A stretch of 63,257 nucleotides of DNA, the filler included, from Reclinomonas americana ATCC 50394 (taxonomy: Eukaryota): assembly GCA_048213135.1 (NCBI GenBank). It is 18 parts of 18 records of this genome, joined end to end, with 100 filler letters (N's around TTAATTAATTAA, not from the genome) between each part and the next. Parts side by side here need not be neighbours in the genome. Positions count along the whole stretch, not along the records: positions 23,900 to 29,294 come from AFZH01020778.1; positions 29,395 to 32,348 come from AFZH01020779.1; positions 32,449 to 34,366 come from AFZH01020780.1; positions 34,467 to 37,565 come from AFZH01020781.1; positions 37,666 to 39,097 come from AFZH01020782.1; positions 39,198 to 41,497 come from AFZH01020783.1; 12 more parts are not named here. One strand, given 5' to 3'. Of the stretch, positions 26,901-39,419 are shown piece by piece. The position numbers were made by a program, and so were the translations under genes. A model generated the notes under the pieces. The model did no database searches and had not been told where the DNA came from. It worked only from the letters and a program-made list of their open reading frames with translations. The stretch's first letter is position 1, and each line of letters opens with the position of its first letter.

Positions 26901-29900
26901 GTGAGACGCGTGTGCGCTCTGGTCGCGCCCGCGAGGCCGAGCCCGTGATGCGACAGGTGGCCGAGCAGCTCGATCGCACACCCGGACGGCCGCGCAACGC
27001 ACTGTTCGCGCGCAGCAACTACGCCGAGTGTCTGCTGGCACTCGGGCGATTTGCCGATGCGCGTACGCTGTTGGAGCAGTGCGTTGCGGGAATGACCGAG
27101 CAGTTGCGTGTTGGGTGCAAGGGAGTGTCTCTGTGAAGAAGAGAGAGAGAGGCTAAGTGGAGTGCGTGAGCAGATTTGGTGCGCGGTCGCCCGACACAAT
27201 TGCGACGCAACACCGCCTGTGCTTGTGTCTGGAGTTGCTGGGGGAGCGAGTGGAGGCGGAGCGACGGATGGAGGCCATGGAGCGTGAGGGGCAAGTGGTG
27301 CCCGATGATCCAAAGGGCCTGCTGTCGCGCAGTGAGCTGGTTGTGGTTCTCTGTCGGCACAGTCGGTGGAATGATGCGCAGAGAGTTGCGAAAGGGGGTA
27401 GTAGGGGAAAGGGAATAGGAGATGAAGGAGAAGGGGAGGTGAAGGGGGAAGGAATGAGAGAATTGGGAAGGAGTTGAAGGAGGAGGAGAAGGGGAGACAA
27501 ATAGGTAAAGGAGAAGGGGACGGAAAGTTGAGAGACATGGGAATGGAAGTGAGAGAGGAAAATAACAGGAGCAAGGGAAGCGAGAAGGAGAAGGGACAAG
27601 GACAGGGGGAATGGGAGAGGTAGAAGAAACATGGGCATGGAATAGGAGAAGGGGGGAGGAGAAACAGCAAGTGAGAACGAGAAGGGGAAAACGTAATGGG
27701 GAAGGGGAAGAGGGAGAGGAGAGAAATGAAAAGGGAAGGGAGACGTAGAAGAGGAGGGAAGTGGAAGGGGAAGTGAAAACGAAAAGAGAAAGGATAACGG
27801 GGAAGGGGAAGAGGAGAGGAAAGAAACGAAAGGGGAAGGAAACATGAAAAGGAGAGGGAAGACGACGGAGAAGAGGGAAGACGAAGTAGGAATAGAGAGA
27901 AAGGACTAGAAGAGAAAGGGATAGAGGGAAGACGAAGGAGAAAGTTGAGAGAAGGGAGGCGGATCGATGTCGCCAAGAAATGGGCGCTCTCTTCTCCTTC
28001 CGCTTCCGTCAATCTCTTCAATTCCCTCTTGTCTTTTCTTCCTCTCCCCTTCTCTTTCCTACCTGTTCTATTGTTCACTTTCGTTTTGTCTCCTCTTCCT
28101 CCCCCCTTCTCCTTCCCTTTGCCTGTTCTTCCTCTCCCCTTCTCCTTCTCCCTTCTCCTATTCCCTTATGATTTGTCTATTCCTCAAAAGTGAAGGGAAG
28201 AGGAGAAGGATGGCGGAAGGAGAAGAGAGCGCATTTTTTGGAGATATTATTCCTCCTGGTCTAACTATGCGTTACATGGCAGTTGGCCGAAGTCAGTCTG
28301 GCTCTCGAGGAGTCCATGTTTGGCGCCACGTCGCCGCAGACCATGACCACGAGGTGCTTTGGCGTGTGGTGATTCGGTGTTTTCGATTGTGGACTCACTG
28401 CATTTGCATCGCAGACTGCAGCTGGCGCAAATCTACCACCGCAACGGACAGTGGGCTGCTGCAGAGGCGGCCTACGATGTGTGCGTGGCGCGCGCCACGG
28501 AGGAGCTGGGAGAGAGACATGCACAGGTTCGAATCGAGTGGTATAATCCACTCCGCTGTTTCATTACCACCACCTGTCTGCATCGTGGGTGCATCCTGCT
28601 TGCAGTCTCTCTCGTCCATCCTCTCCTGTTTTCGGCACTGACTTGCATCGCCGCAAGCCAACTGCCTTCGGTTCCGCGTCTATCACCTTTGCTGCATGCT
28701 TTTCTTTAATTTGTTTGTTTTTTCGTCTGTCTTTGTGCACAACAAGATCTATTTTCCTTCCCTCATTTCTTGCCTCTCTTGTAACCACATTCTTGCTCCT
28801 TCGTATCTACTCCATTTTAGCTTTCATCTTGTCATTCCGTTCTGTATGATGCGAGCGGAGCTGCTCTTTGTCTTCGCCCTCTCCATTCTAGCCTTTTTTT
28901 CTCTTCGCACTCCCTCCGCGTATTTGACACTCACTTTCATCATCTCTCTCCCCACACAGACCATGATCGTGCGCTCGCGATACGGATCGCTGCTCAAGGA
29001 CGCCGGTCGCTACGCCGAGGCCGTGGAAGAGCTCACTGCCGTGCTGGCGGTGCAGCAGGAGCTCGGCACCGCCGGCGAAGTCGATCACAACGATTTGGTG
29101 TTCACTCGGCAGGAGTTGGTCGGTGCTCTCACTGGTGAAGGCGAGGTGGCGCGCGCCAAGGAGCTGATGCAGGAGCTGGTGGCCGACGAGGAGCGGTTGC
29201 TCGGCGCGGATAATCGGCGAACAATCTCCGCGAAGGAGCAAATGGTGAGTCGAGGGAAAGGACGTGAGGAGGAAGCTGGGAGCGAGCAGAGAGCNNNNNN
29301 NNNNNNNNNNNNNNNNNNNNNNNNNNNNNNNNNNNNNNTTAATTAATTAANNNNNNNNNNNNNNNNNNNNNNNNNNNNNNNNNNNNNNNNNNNNGTAGAG
29401 CGCGGAAGCGAATGCAGTGAGTAGAGCGCGGAAGCGAATGCAGTGAGCAGAGCGCGGGAGCGAATGCAGTGAGCAGAGCGCGGGAGCGAATGCAGTGAGT
29501 AGAGCGCGGAAGCGAATGCAGTGAGCAGAGCGCAGAAGAGAATGCAGTGAGCAGAGCGCAGAAGCGAATGCAATTAGCTGAGCGGGAGCGAATGCAATGA
29601 GCAGAGCGGAAAAGCGAATGCAGTGAGCAGAGCGGGAGAGCAAATGCAGTGAGCAGAGCGGGAGAGCAAATGCAGTGTGCAGAGCGAGAGCGAATGCAGT
29701 GTGCAGAGCGAGAACGAATGCAGTGTGCAGAGCGAGAGCGAATGCAGTGTGCAGAGCGAGAGCGAATGCAGTGAGCAGAGCGGGAGCGAATGCAGTGTGC
29801 AGAGCGAGAGCGAATGCAGTGAGCAGAGCGGGAGCGAATGCAGTGAGCAGAGCGGGAGCGAATGCAGTGAGCAGAGCGGGAGCGAATGCAGTGAGCAGAG

Positions 29901-31860
29901 CGGGAGCGAATGCAGTGAGCAGAGCGGGAGCGAATGCAATGCGCAGAGAGCGAGAGAGCGAATGCAGTGAGCAGAGCGGGCGAGCGAATGCAATGAGCAG
30001 AGCGGGAGAGCGAATGCAGTGAGCAGAGCGGGAGAGCGAATGCAGTGAGCGGAGCGGGAGAGCGAATGCAATGAGCAGAGCGGGAAAAGCCAATGCAGTG
30101 AACAGAGCGGGAACGACACGCCACCGTTTTCTTTCTTTATTTGTCCCTTTAGTCACCCTTTCCTCCTCTCCTTTCCTCCCTTGCAGGCCCTCCTGCTCCA
30201 CCGCCACGCCACCGACGACGCCGGCCGACAGGAAGCACTGCAGCTACAACTGGAGGTACTCGAGGCCCGGCGGCGCACCACCGGCAATGACCACCCAGAG
30301 ACACTGGCCTCGCGCCTCACGGCCAGCGAGATGCACCTGTCGTGTGGCAACGCGGGCGCCGCTGAGGCACTGATGACGGAGGACTTGAGTGTGCGCGAGC
30401 GCGTGCATGGTCCGGCGGAGCTGCCGACACTCATCGGCTGCTTGCGACTCGGTCAGGCGCTGGCGGCGCAGCGCCAGAATGCCTCGGCCTTGGTGTTTTT
30501 AAATCAGGCGTTGGCTGAGGCGCTGCGCACCATTGGCGCCACGGAGCCGGCGGCCATGGCCGCTGCCGACTTGGTGGCCATTGAAGCCGATCCCGTGGAT
30601 CACGTCCCCTCTGAAGAAGACGACGAGGAAGAGGAGGAAGTGAGGGAGGCCAGTGATCCGCAAGCTCTCGTGTCGCTCGCCGAGAGGCTAAAGGCGCGCG
30701 GCAATGTGCTGTTCCGCCGCAAGGCGCTGGAGGCCTCGATGCTGCAGTACCGACAGGCGCTGCGTGCGCTGGATGGTGTGCGCATTCGTGAGGTGCCGGG
30801 TGTGCGGACGCTGCACGTGGATCTGCACAACAACATGGCGTTGGTGGCGGTGAAAATGGGCGATTTTGCGGTGGCCGCCAGTCATGCGGCGCGTGTGCTG
30901 GAGTTGGACCCGATGAATCTGAAGGGACTCTATCGCGCCGCCGAGGTCGCCGCCGGTCAGGGGGACAGGGAGCGTGCGCAGGGGTTGCTGCGGCGCATTG
31001 CGGAGATGGATAGGACGCAGGCGGGGATTGTGGAGTTTCGGAGAGGGAAATGGGTAGAGGGGGAAAGGGTAAAAGGGGAAGGAGGGGAGGGAGGGGAAGG
31101 GGGAGGGAGGAGAAGGGGAGGGAGGAGAAGGAAGAGAGAGTCAGTATGCCGCAATCTTGAGGCCGGAGTCTCTGCACTTTCAACCCTTGATCGGTGTGTG
31201 CGTGCAATCAGTCTATCTCCTCCACCCTCGACCCTTGATCGATGTGTGTGTGCGATCAGTGTCCCTGTCCACCCTTGACTCCTTGATCGAAGTGCATGTG
31301 CAATCAGTCTATCTTTTCCGCCCTCAACCGTTGATCGATGTGTGTGTGCGATCAGTGTCCCTGTCCACCCTTGTCCCCTTGATCGATATGTGTGCATGTA
31401 CAATCAGTGTCTCTCCTCCACCCTCGACCCTTGATCGATGTGCGTGCAATCAATATCTCCCTCCACCATCCACCCTTGATCATCGTGTGCGTGTGATCAA
31501 TGTTTCTCTCCACCCTCAACCCTTGGTCGGTGTGCGTGTGATCTGTTCTCCTTCCACCCTCAACCCTTGATCGATGTGTGTATACAATCAGTATCGCTCC
31601 ACACTCAACCCTTGATAGGTGTGTGCGTGTTGTCTGATCAGAGTCTCCTGTGATCAGTGTGTGCATGCAATCAATGTCTCTCTCTTGTGCGTGGATCAGT
31701 GTCTGTCTACACCCTCGTCCCTTGATCGGCGTGCGTGCAATCAGTGTCCCTCTCTGTCCTCAACCCACGACCGACATGAGCGAGTGTCTCTCCATATTTG
31801 ACCCATGTTCTCACTGTTCCGCCTTGCAGGCAACGACTTCGCGAGCTGGAAATCAGGTAA
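23550..31860 (+). CDS. TPR-array protein: kinesin-light-chain/NPHP3-like TPRs, acidic linker, C-terminal co-chaperone-type 3-TPR domain; about 10 exons
   Basis: In-frame exons give repeats LGPGHRDTIRAR, FGARSPDTIATQ, FGATSPQTMTTR, LGADNRRTI, TGNDHPETLASR, then LKARGNVLF..LHNNMALVAVKMGDF..LELDPMNLKGLYR. The last exon (31830-31860) gives QRLRELEIR*. Confidence 0.85.
25240..25710. repeat. Intronic minisatellite, about 60-70-nt unit (cttctcccatcgtcctcctccgactc..ttcctgttatccactgatcctc), in the TPR gene
   Basis: About 7 tandem copies; related sequence resumes after the EGF fragment. Confidence 0.9.
25725..25980 (-). pseudogene. EGF/tenascin-like repeat coding fragment within a TPR-gene intron (antisense)
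   Basis: Minus frame from 25980 reads AGDYTNASCNCSPTTTCSGNGTCQSDGTCLCTGDDNAICNCSPTATCSGHGTC...; there is no start codon or polypyrimidine acceptor. Confidence 0.75.
29395..30110. repeat. Intronic minisatellite, 24-26-nt unit GAGCAGAGCGGGAGCGAATGCAGT
   Basis: Visible tandem copies in a TPR-gene intron. Confidence 0.95.
31165..31770. repeat. Intronic degenerate minisatellite, about 45-60-nt unit (acccttgatcgatgtgtg..atcagt)
   Basis: About 10-12 diverged copies in the last TPR-gene intron. Confidence 0.85.
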
Positions 31861-32011
31861 TGCCACCCCCACACGCCCGTGAATTCACCGCACATACCCC
31901 AAGTAGAACAGAAATAAAACACTTTCTATGAGGCGTGTAATGCGATTCGACACAACAACAACAGCAACAACGAAAAACACAAACACCAGTGAGTCACGAC
32001 GTGTGCTGGCT

Positions 32012-32243
32012 TCACGCACGCGAGTGCATCTCGTGTTCCCTGGCTTTCCTCTGTCGCTCGGCCTCCTCACGCTCCAGTCGCTCCTGGTAGCGTACCCACG
32101 AGTAGTAGCCGCTGCCGCCGAGGCAGAGCAGGATGCCGATGGCGTTGACGTTGGAGATGGGGTTGCGGAAGATCATCACGCCGAGGAGGGTTTGCACGCC
32201 AGCCTGCGGTGGGGGGAAGGGGTGAGACGGGGGGAGAAGAGGG

Positions 32244-32286
<43 letters not shown>

Positions 32287-35200
32287 CGACACAGAGCGAG
32301 AGCGACACAGAGCGAGAGCGACACAGAGCGAGAGCGACACAGAGCGACNNNNNNNNNNNNNNNNNNNNNNNNNNNNNNNNNNNNNNNNNNNNTTAATTAA
32401 TTAANNNNNNNNNNNNNNNNNNNNNNNNNNNNNNNNNNNNNNNNNNNNAGAGAGAGAGAGAGAGAGAGCGAGAGCGACACAGAGCGAGAGCGACACAGAG
32501 CGAGAGCGACACAGAGCGAGAGCGACACAGAGCGACAGCGACACAGAGCGACAGCGATACAGAGCGAGAGCGACACAGAGCGACAGCGACACAGAGCGAC
32601 AGCGATACAGAGCGAGAGCGATACAGAGCGAGAGCGACACAGAGCGAGAGCGACACAGAGCGACAGCGATAGAGAGCGAGAGCGATACAGAGCGAGAGCG
32701 ACACAGAGCGAGAGCGACACAGAGCGACAGCGACACAGAGCGACAGCGATACAGAGCGAGAGCGATACTGAGCGAGAGCGATACAGCGCGGGAGCGATAC
32801 AGAGCGAGAGCGATACTGAGCGAGAGCGATACAGAGCGAGAGCGATACTGAGCGAGAGCGATACAGAGCGAGAGCGATACAGAGCGAGAGCGATACAGAG
32901 CGAGAGCGATACAGAGCGAGAGCGATACAGAGCGAGAGCGATACAGAGCGAGAGCGATACAGAGCGAGAGCGATACAGAGCGAGAGCGATACAGAGCGAG
33001 AGCGATACAGAGCGAGAGCGATACAGAGCGACAGCAACACAGGAGCGAGAGCGATTCAGAGCAACAGCGACACAGCACAGCGACACAGCAACAGCGACAC
33101 AGAGCGAGAGCGACACGGAGCGAGAGAGCGACACGGAGCGAGAGAGCGACACGGAGCGAGAGAGCGACACGGAGCGAGAGAGCGACACGGAGCGAGAGAG
33201 CGACACGGAGCGAGAGCGATACAGAGCGACAGCGATACAGAGCGACAGCGATACAGAGCGACAGCGATACAGAGCGACAGCGATACAGAGCGACAGCGAT
33301 GCAGAGCGACAGCGATACAGAGCGACAGCGATGCAGAGCGACAGCGATACAGAGCGACAGCGATACAGAGCGACAGCGATACAGAGCGAGAGCGATACAG
33401 AGCGACAGCGATACAGAGCGAGAGCGACACATCTGTGCAGCAACTCGTACCTTGGCCGTTCCCGAAATGGTGTTCGTCAGCGGGCTGGTGACCTTGACTT
33501 GCAGGAACATGGCAATGTTGATCAGGAATCCGAACACCGCGGCCACAGTCATCCACCACCAGAACGAGGGGCTCGAGAGCGTGTCGTACTCGTAGAGCAC
33601 GTTGCGCTCGTCGGTGACGAAGATGATGGGGAGCAGCATGAAGGTGGCGAGCGGGGTGTTGTACATCGACAGGCGCCTGAAGAGGGGAAAGTGAGAAGAG
33701 GGAAGGAGAAGGGAGAATGGGAAGGGAGGACAGAGAGAAGGAGAAGGGAGGACAGAGAGAGCAGGAGCGAGAGCGAGAGTGAGAGTGAGAGTAAGAGTGA
33801 GAGCAGAGCGAGAGCGAGAGTGAGCACAAGAGCAAGAGCGAGAGCAGGAGCGAGAGCAGGAGCGAGAGCAGGAGCGAGAGCAGGAGCGAGAGCAGGAGCG
33901 AGAGCAGGAGCGAGAGCAGGAGCGAGAGCAGGAGCGAGAGCAAAGAGTGAGAGCAGCAGCGAGAGCAGCAGCGAGAGCAGCAGCGAGAGCAAGAGCGAGA
34001 GCGAGAGCAAGAGCAAGAGCGAGAGCGAGAGCAGGAGCGAGAGCAGGAGCGAGAGCAGCAGCGAGAGCAGCAGCGAGAGCAGGAGCGAGAGCAGCAGCGA
34101 GAGCAGCAGCGAGAGCAGCAGCGAGAGCAGCAGCGAGAGCAGCAGCGAGAGCAGCAGCGAGAGCAGCAGCGAGAGCAGCAGCGAGAGCAGCAGCGAGAGC
34201 AGCAGCGAGAGCAGCAGCGAGAGCAGCAGCGAGAGCAGCAGCGAGAGCAGCAGCGAGAGCAAGAGCGAGAGCGAGAGCAAGAGCAAGAGCGAGAGCGAGA
34301 GCAGGAGCGAGAGCAGGAGCGAGAGCAGGAGCGAAGAGCAGGAGCGAGAGCAAGGGCAGAGGAAGANNNNNNNNNNNNNNNNNNNNNNNNNNNNNNNNNN
34401 NNNNNNNNNNTTAATTAATTAANNNNNNNNNNNNNNNNNNNNNNNNNNNNNNNNNNNNNNNNNNNNGAGCGAGAGCAGCAGAGCGAGAGCAGCAGAGCGA
34501 GAGCAGAGCGAGAGCAGAGCGAGAGCAGAGCGAGAGCAGAGCGAGAGCAGAGCGAGAGCAGCAGAGCGAGAGCAGAGCGAGAGCGAGAGCGAGAGAGCAA
34601 GATCAAGAGCGAGAGCATGAACCCTCACGCTCCCTTCCCCTTCCCCTCCCTTCCCCTTCCACCCCTTTCCCCCCCCCCCCCACCTCACCACTCATTGCGA
34701 CCGACGGCATCCAGTCCGACCTTCACCATGATGCCGTACAGCGCCACAAAGAAGCTGGAGATCACGCCAAAGATGACGCCGAGCCATGAAAAGTGCACCT
34801 CGCCGGCGGCGCCGAGGATGAACCCGGCCACCACAATGATGCAGGCCTTGATGGCGCTCATCGATGTCTTCTCGCCGTGCATCAGATACGGCAGGGCGAG
34901 GCTGAAGAAGATGGTGAGCGAGCGTGCCACCTGGTAGAACGATACCTCGACGTATTGCAGGCACAGGTTCTGGAGAAGGGGGTGAAAGTGAGAGAAGGGA
35001 CGGAGGAAGAGGGAGAGAAGTGTGAGGTGACAAACATTGAAGATGATCATCATCAGGTAGACGACGGTGAGCTTGACAATCGGGCGCACGCGGCCCCACT
35101 CGAACTCGTAGGGAGGAATGAAGCTGAAGAGCGAGGTTCTGGGTGGGTGGGAAGAGGGTGAGCAGGAATGAGAGGAGAGAGGGATGAAGAGAGGTCATGG

Positions 35201-37432
35201 GAAGCGCAACTGCCGTCCGACGGTGGAGAGGACAAAGAGGCACACCCAGGCAATGACGAATTGGTACCAGGTAACCTGTGTAAAAGAGAGGTGAGGTGTG
35301 TGTGTGGAGAGGGGAGGGGTGGGGTGAACGCAACGGCCAGGGGGTACTCGAACTTTTGTTCCGAGTAGTTCATGATGAACTCTGGAGGGGAGGCAAACAA
35401 AGGGTAAGAGTGGGAGAAGAGAAGCAAGGAGGAGAGAAGCACGATGCCGACAAGGAGAGAAGTGAGCGACGGAGAGACCGCCAGACGACATAAACAAGTG
35501 CGATGGTCGGCGAAGGACCACGGACAGGTCAACAAGGTGGAATGCTAATATCCTGATAGACGCAAAAGAGAAGAAATGCGATGACAGGGAGAGAAGCAAA
35601 GAGAGAGAGAGAGAGAGGCCACATCCAGGCAATTGAGATTCAAAACGAGAGAAAGAACAGCGAAGGAGAAGCTCATATCGACAAGGACAGAAGCAAAAGA
35701 GAGAGAAGAGAGGCCACATCCAAACAATTGCGATTCAAAACGAGAGAAAGAACAGCGAAGGAGAAGCTAATATCCTGATAGACGCAAAAGAGAAGAAATG
35801 CGATGACAAGGAGAGAAGCAAAAGAGAGAGAAGAGAGGCCACATCCAGGCAATTGCGATTCAAAACGAGAGAAAGAACAGCGAAGGAGAAGCTCACATCG
35901 ACAAGGAGAGAAGCAAAAGAGAGAGACGAGAGGCCACATCCAGGCAACTGTGACTCAAAACGAGAGAAAGAACAGCAAAGGAGAAGCACATATCCTGAAT
36001 AAACGCAAGGAAAAGTTGACAAGGAGAGAAGCAAAGAGAGAGAAGAGAGGCCACATCCAAGCAATTGCGATTCAAAATGAGAGAAAGAACAGCGATGGAG
36101 AAGCTCATATCCTGAATAAACGCAAGGAGAAGAGATGCGATGACAAGGAGAGAAGCAAGAGAGAGAGAGAGAGGCCACATCCAAGCAATTGCGATTCAAA
36201 ATGAGAGAAAGAACAGCGATGGAGAAGCTCATATCCTGAATAAACACGAAGGAGAAGAAATGCGATGACAAGGAGAGCAGTCAGTAGACAGCTAGAGAGG
36301 CCCAACTGCAGGCAACTGCGATCCGACAATGGAAATACGGATTGCTGGCAGCAAGACAGAAGACCATGTTCTGGCGAATGGAGAAGCACGAGAGATCGAG
36401 GGACACGGAGAAGTGTTTGTTTGGAGAGCAAGAGAGAAGACCATCTCCATCAGGGACAGAGTGAATAACACATAGACACGGAGAGGCTAGAGAGAGCAAG
36501 TGAGAAGACTATCTCCATCAGGGACACGGTGAATGATGCATAAACACGGAGAGGTGTTTGTTGAGAGAGTGAGAGAGGCCAACGCTCGGGCAAATGCAGA
36601 AGAGGCAGACAGTCGCTCTCGACGACAAACGCAACTGTTCAAGAATACCTGCACGCAGAAGACAGTGAGTCAGAGTATCTCGTCAACTTCGCGTCAATGC
36701 ACACTCACCAGCGACAGCGACACGAAAAAGTAGAACGCGACGACCGAGGCGACCACACTGCAAGCGGGAGAGGGTGAGCAATCAAGGGTGAGAAGGAGGG
36801 ATGGGATGAGAGGGTGAGAAGGAGAGAAGGGACAAGTGATGTGCGTATGTGTGTGCAAGTGTGAATGCGGAGCGTGCAAGAGGATGGGAAGGAGGAGAGC
36901 GAGAGAGGCAGAGAGACAACGAGCGAAATGAGAACGCGTAAAGGAGAGTCGCGAAGAGAGAAAGACCCTGAGGCGGAGAGTGAGTGAATGGGTGAGAAGG
37001 AGGATGATGAGTTGTTGCATGAAAGACCAAGGGCCGCATGCACGCGAAATCACAGCGCAAGGATGCTGAGAACGACAGAGAGAGCGGGAGAATGCATGAA
37101 AACGCCCGAGTGCGTGAACAAGTGTCAAACACAAGCAAGAACGCAGCACAGAGAGAGAGAGAGAGAAGGAGTCAGGGAGTGAGCGAGTGCGAGTGAGTGA
37201 GAGCGATAGAGAGAGAGAGAGACGGGGAAAGAGAGAAAGCGATTGAGTGAGATAGGAGACGGACGAAGGGTTGCATGAACGTGAATCCAGCACGCAAAAC
37301 AGAGGGGCTGAGAACGACAGAGAGAGCGGGAGAATTCATGAAAACGCCCGAGTGCATGAACAAGTGTCAAACACATGCAAGAACACAGCACAGAGGGAGA
37401 AGGAGAGAGAGAGAGAGAGAGGGAGGGGGGAG

Positions 37433-37470
<38 letters not shown>

Positions 37471-38248
37471 GTACGTCCTTACTATCTTCTTCGTCCTTCC
37501 TACTCTACAATGTAGGTAGGAGGAGAGAGCACTAGGAGAGAGCGAGCGTAGGGGAAAGACGACGGNNNNNNNNNNNNNNNNNNNNNNNNNNNNNNNNNNN
37601 NNNNNNNNNTTAATTAATTAANNNNNNNNNNNNNNNNNNNNNNNNNNNNNNNNNNNNNNNNNNNNTCGCCGAACGAAATAATTCTTTCCTACCCACCCAC
37701 CCAACTCAAATACCGTCGTTTGTTTCTGCTGTACCGTACATCCGCCCTTGGCCGTACAGCAGGAGAGAGAGCAAGAGAGAGAGCAAGAGAGAGAGAGAGA
37801 GGGCAGTGAGAGAGTGAAGTGACACTCTCTGTCTTGCTTCCACTCTCAGAGCAGAAGGAAGAGGATGAGTGGAGTGAGTGTGTGTGTGAGAGAGAGAGAG
37901 AGCAAGAGAGTGAGAGAGTGATCAACAAAGAATGCATGCACGTGTCACCAACAAGGGTGCACACAAGCAAGAACACAAACAGAGAATGCAACAACACACA
38001 CGCACACACACACACACAAGGAGAGAGAGAGAGACAAACAAACACGCGCGCGTGCAACAGAGAGAGAGAGAGGCGAGCGGGCGCGCGATGGCCAACACAC
38101 GCAACATGGGAGAAAATTCATCGGGCCCGCCCGCCGCCGATGCCGCCGCCGACGACGACGACGATGACGTGGCGTTTCCGGTGGTGCCGCCGTTGCGGTC
38201 CTCGGGAGAGAGGAGACGATCGGTGTCGCGCGACTCGTGAAGCTTCAT
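32012..38248 (-). CDS. SLC35C1: GDP-fucose transporter (nucleotide-sugar transporter, SLC35C1-like), 9 exons
   Basis: Spliced protein has VAFYFFVSLSLVFLNK, VTWYQ, FNNLCLQYVEVSFYQVARSLT, QVKVTSPLTNTISGTAKAGVQT and GGSGYYSWVR, all diagnostic of the family. It includes a 13-nt exon at 36636-36648. Confidence 0.92.
32270..33430. repeat. Intronic minisatellite, 18-nt unit AGCGAGAGCGA(T/C)ACAGAG-type, in SLC35C1
   Basis: Long tandem array spanning a gap. Confidence 0.95.
33760..34615. repeat. Intronic minisatellite, 12-nt unit GCGAGAGCAG(C/G)A, in SLC35C1
   Basis: Tandem array; the source of the spurious 650-aa ORF. Confidence 0.95.
35545..36275. repeat. Intronic tandem repeat, about 105-125-bp unit (gaggccacatcc..caattgcgattcaaaa..gaacagcga..gagaagctcatatc), 6 copies
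   Basis: Recurring 'aggccacatcca' near 35616, 35711, 35836, 35931, 36048 and 36172. Confidence 0.9.
37726..37762 (+). other. Mate-pair internal adaptor with one extra C (assembly artefact)
   Basis: Same adaptor with a homopolymer error. The preceding 37666-37725 is an error-laden copy of about 40511-40562, 2.8 kb downstream. Confidence 0.92.
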
Positions 38249-38304
38249 TGTGAGAGAGTGAGTGATGAGAGGCGCGCAGGACGCGGGGTTGTCCCGTTTG
38301 TGTG

Positions 38305-39409
38305 ATGAGTGGCGAGGCGGGTGTGTCGGCGTGGTCGCCTGTGCAGGGTGTGGTGCAGGTGGCGAGTGTCCCGCCGAGTGTGCTGTTGAGTGTGCAAGGG
38401 GAAAGAGAGGGGAAGAGAGAGGGGAGAAGTGAGAGAGAGAGAGATGAGAGAGAGATGAGAGAGAGAGAGAACTTGTTTGGCATTCTCTCCTTGCATTCTC
38501 TTCCCCCACCTTGCTCTTCCCTCTTTCCCCCTCCTTACTGTGTCCCCTTTTCCCTGCATGCACTCCTCTCCATCACAGTCCTCTCTTGACTCAATGATCA
38601 CGATTTTGCTGCACATGTCTGCAACCTCCTCGTCTTGCACGCTGTTTTCCTTGCATTCTCATCTCCTCCCACCCTCCCTCCTCTCGCACCTCTCTCGTAT
38701 CCTTCTGTACATGCTCTCCTTGTCTTGCAAATTCTCTCTTCTCTATCTCTCCTCCCGTGTTCTCTGCATGCGTCGCTTGTTCTCTCCTCCTTGCTCACTC
38801 CCTTCTCCCCTCCCTCCCTCGCTTCTTCCTTTATTCTCCGTGCACAGCACTCGACTCTCCCGACGATGGGCGCTGCAATGGCTTCTGTTTGGCGGCGGCG
38901 GCTCTGTGTTGCTCTGGTGGCTAACGCGTGAGCGATGGAGCGTGGTGACGCCGAGGTGCGCTGTTTCGTGCTGCGTGTATGCGCCACTAATGGTGCTCAA
39001 TGTTCTCACTATCCATCCCTTTCCTCCCCTCTCCCCTTCCCTCCCTTTCCTCTCTCTCTCTCTCTCTCTCTCTTCTTTCTTCTTCTCCTCTCTCTTGNNN
39101 NNNNNNNNNNNNNNNNNNNNNNNNNNNNNNNNNNNNNNNNNTTAATTAATTAANNNNNNNNNNNNNNNNNNNNNNNNNNNNNNNNNNNNNNNNNNNNCTA
39201 CCTTCCTTCCTCCTCCTCCCTCCCTTCCTTCCTCTCTCTCTCTCTCTCTCTCTCTTTTTCTCTTCTCCCTCTCTCTTGCTTGCAGGCACATCGAGGAGCA
39301 ACGACGACGAGCGGAGGCGAGGCGACAGGCAGAGGCGGAGCAGCAGCAGCGGAAGCGGCTGCGTATCATTCTGGCCCAGGTGTTTGGATTGGCGGCGTAC
39401 CCGACGTGA
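38305..39409 (+). CDS. Hypothetical protein of about 100 aa with one TM segment and a charged coiled-coil tail; exons 38305-38384, 38848-38955, 39286-39409
   Basis: Phase-compatible GT-AG joins give ...RRWALQWLLFGGGGSVLLWWLTRERW...HIEEQRRRAEARRQAEAEQQQRKRLRII...*. No homolog recognised; exon 1 is the least certain. Confidence 0.55.
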
Positions 39410-39419
39410 GCTGTTCGAC

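Noticed and set aside
32401..34422. Long ORFs (650, 363 and 348 aa) and similar ones at 13034-15179, 15305-16328, 26624-28078, 29339-30207, 42736-43932, 50047-51240 and 54496-55730
   Set aside because: They are mostly translations of stop-poor intronic micro- and minisatellites; only the short embedded exons are real.
26583..36635. Alternative reading of the GTTGCG donors as non-GT introns (G|TTGCG)
   Set aside because: It would require non-AG acceptors and would change conserved residues (FLNK to FLNR, YLVME to YVVME, DTI to DTS); GT-AG fits better.
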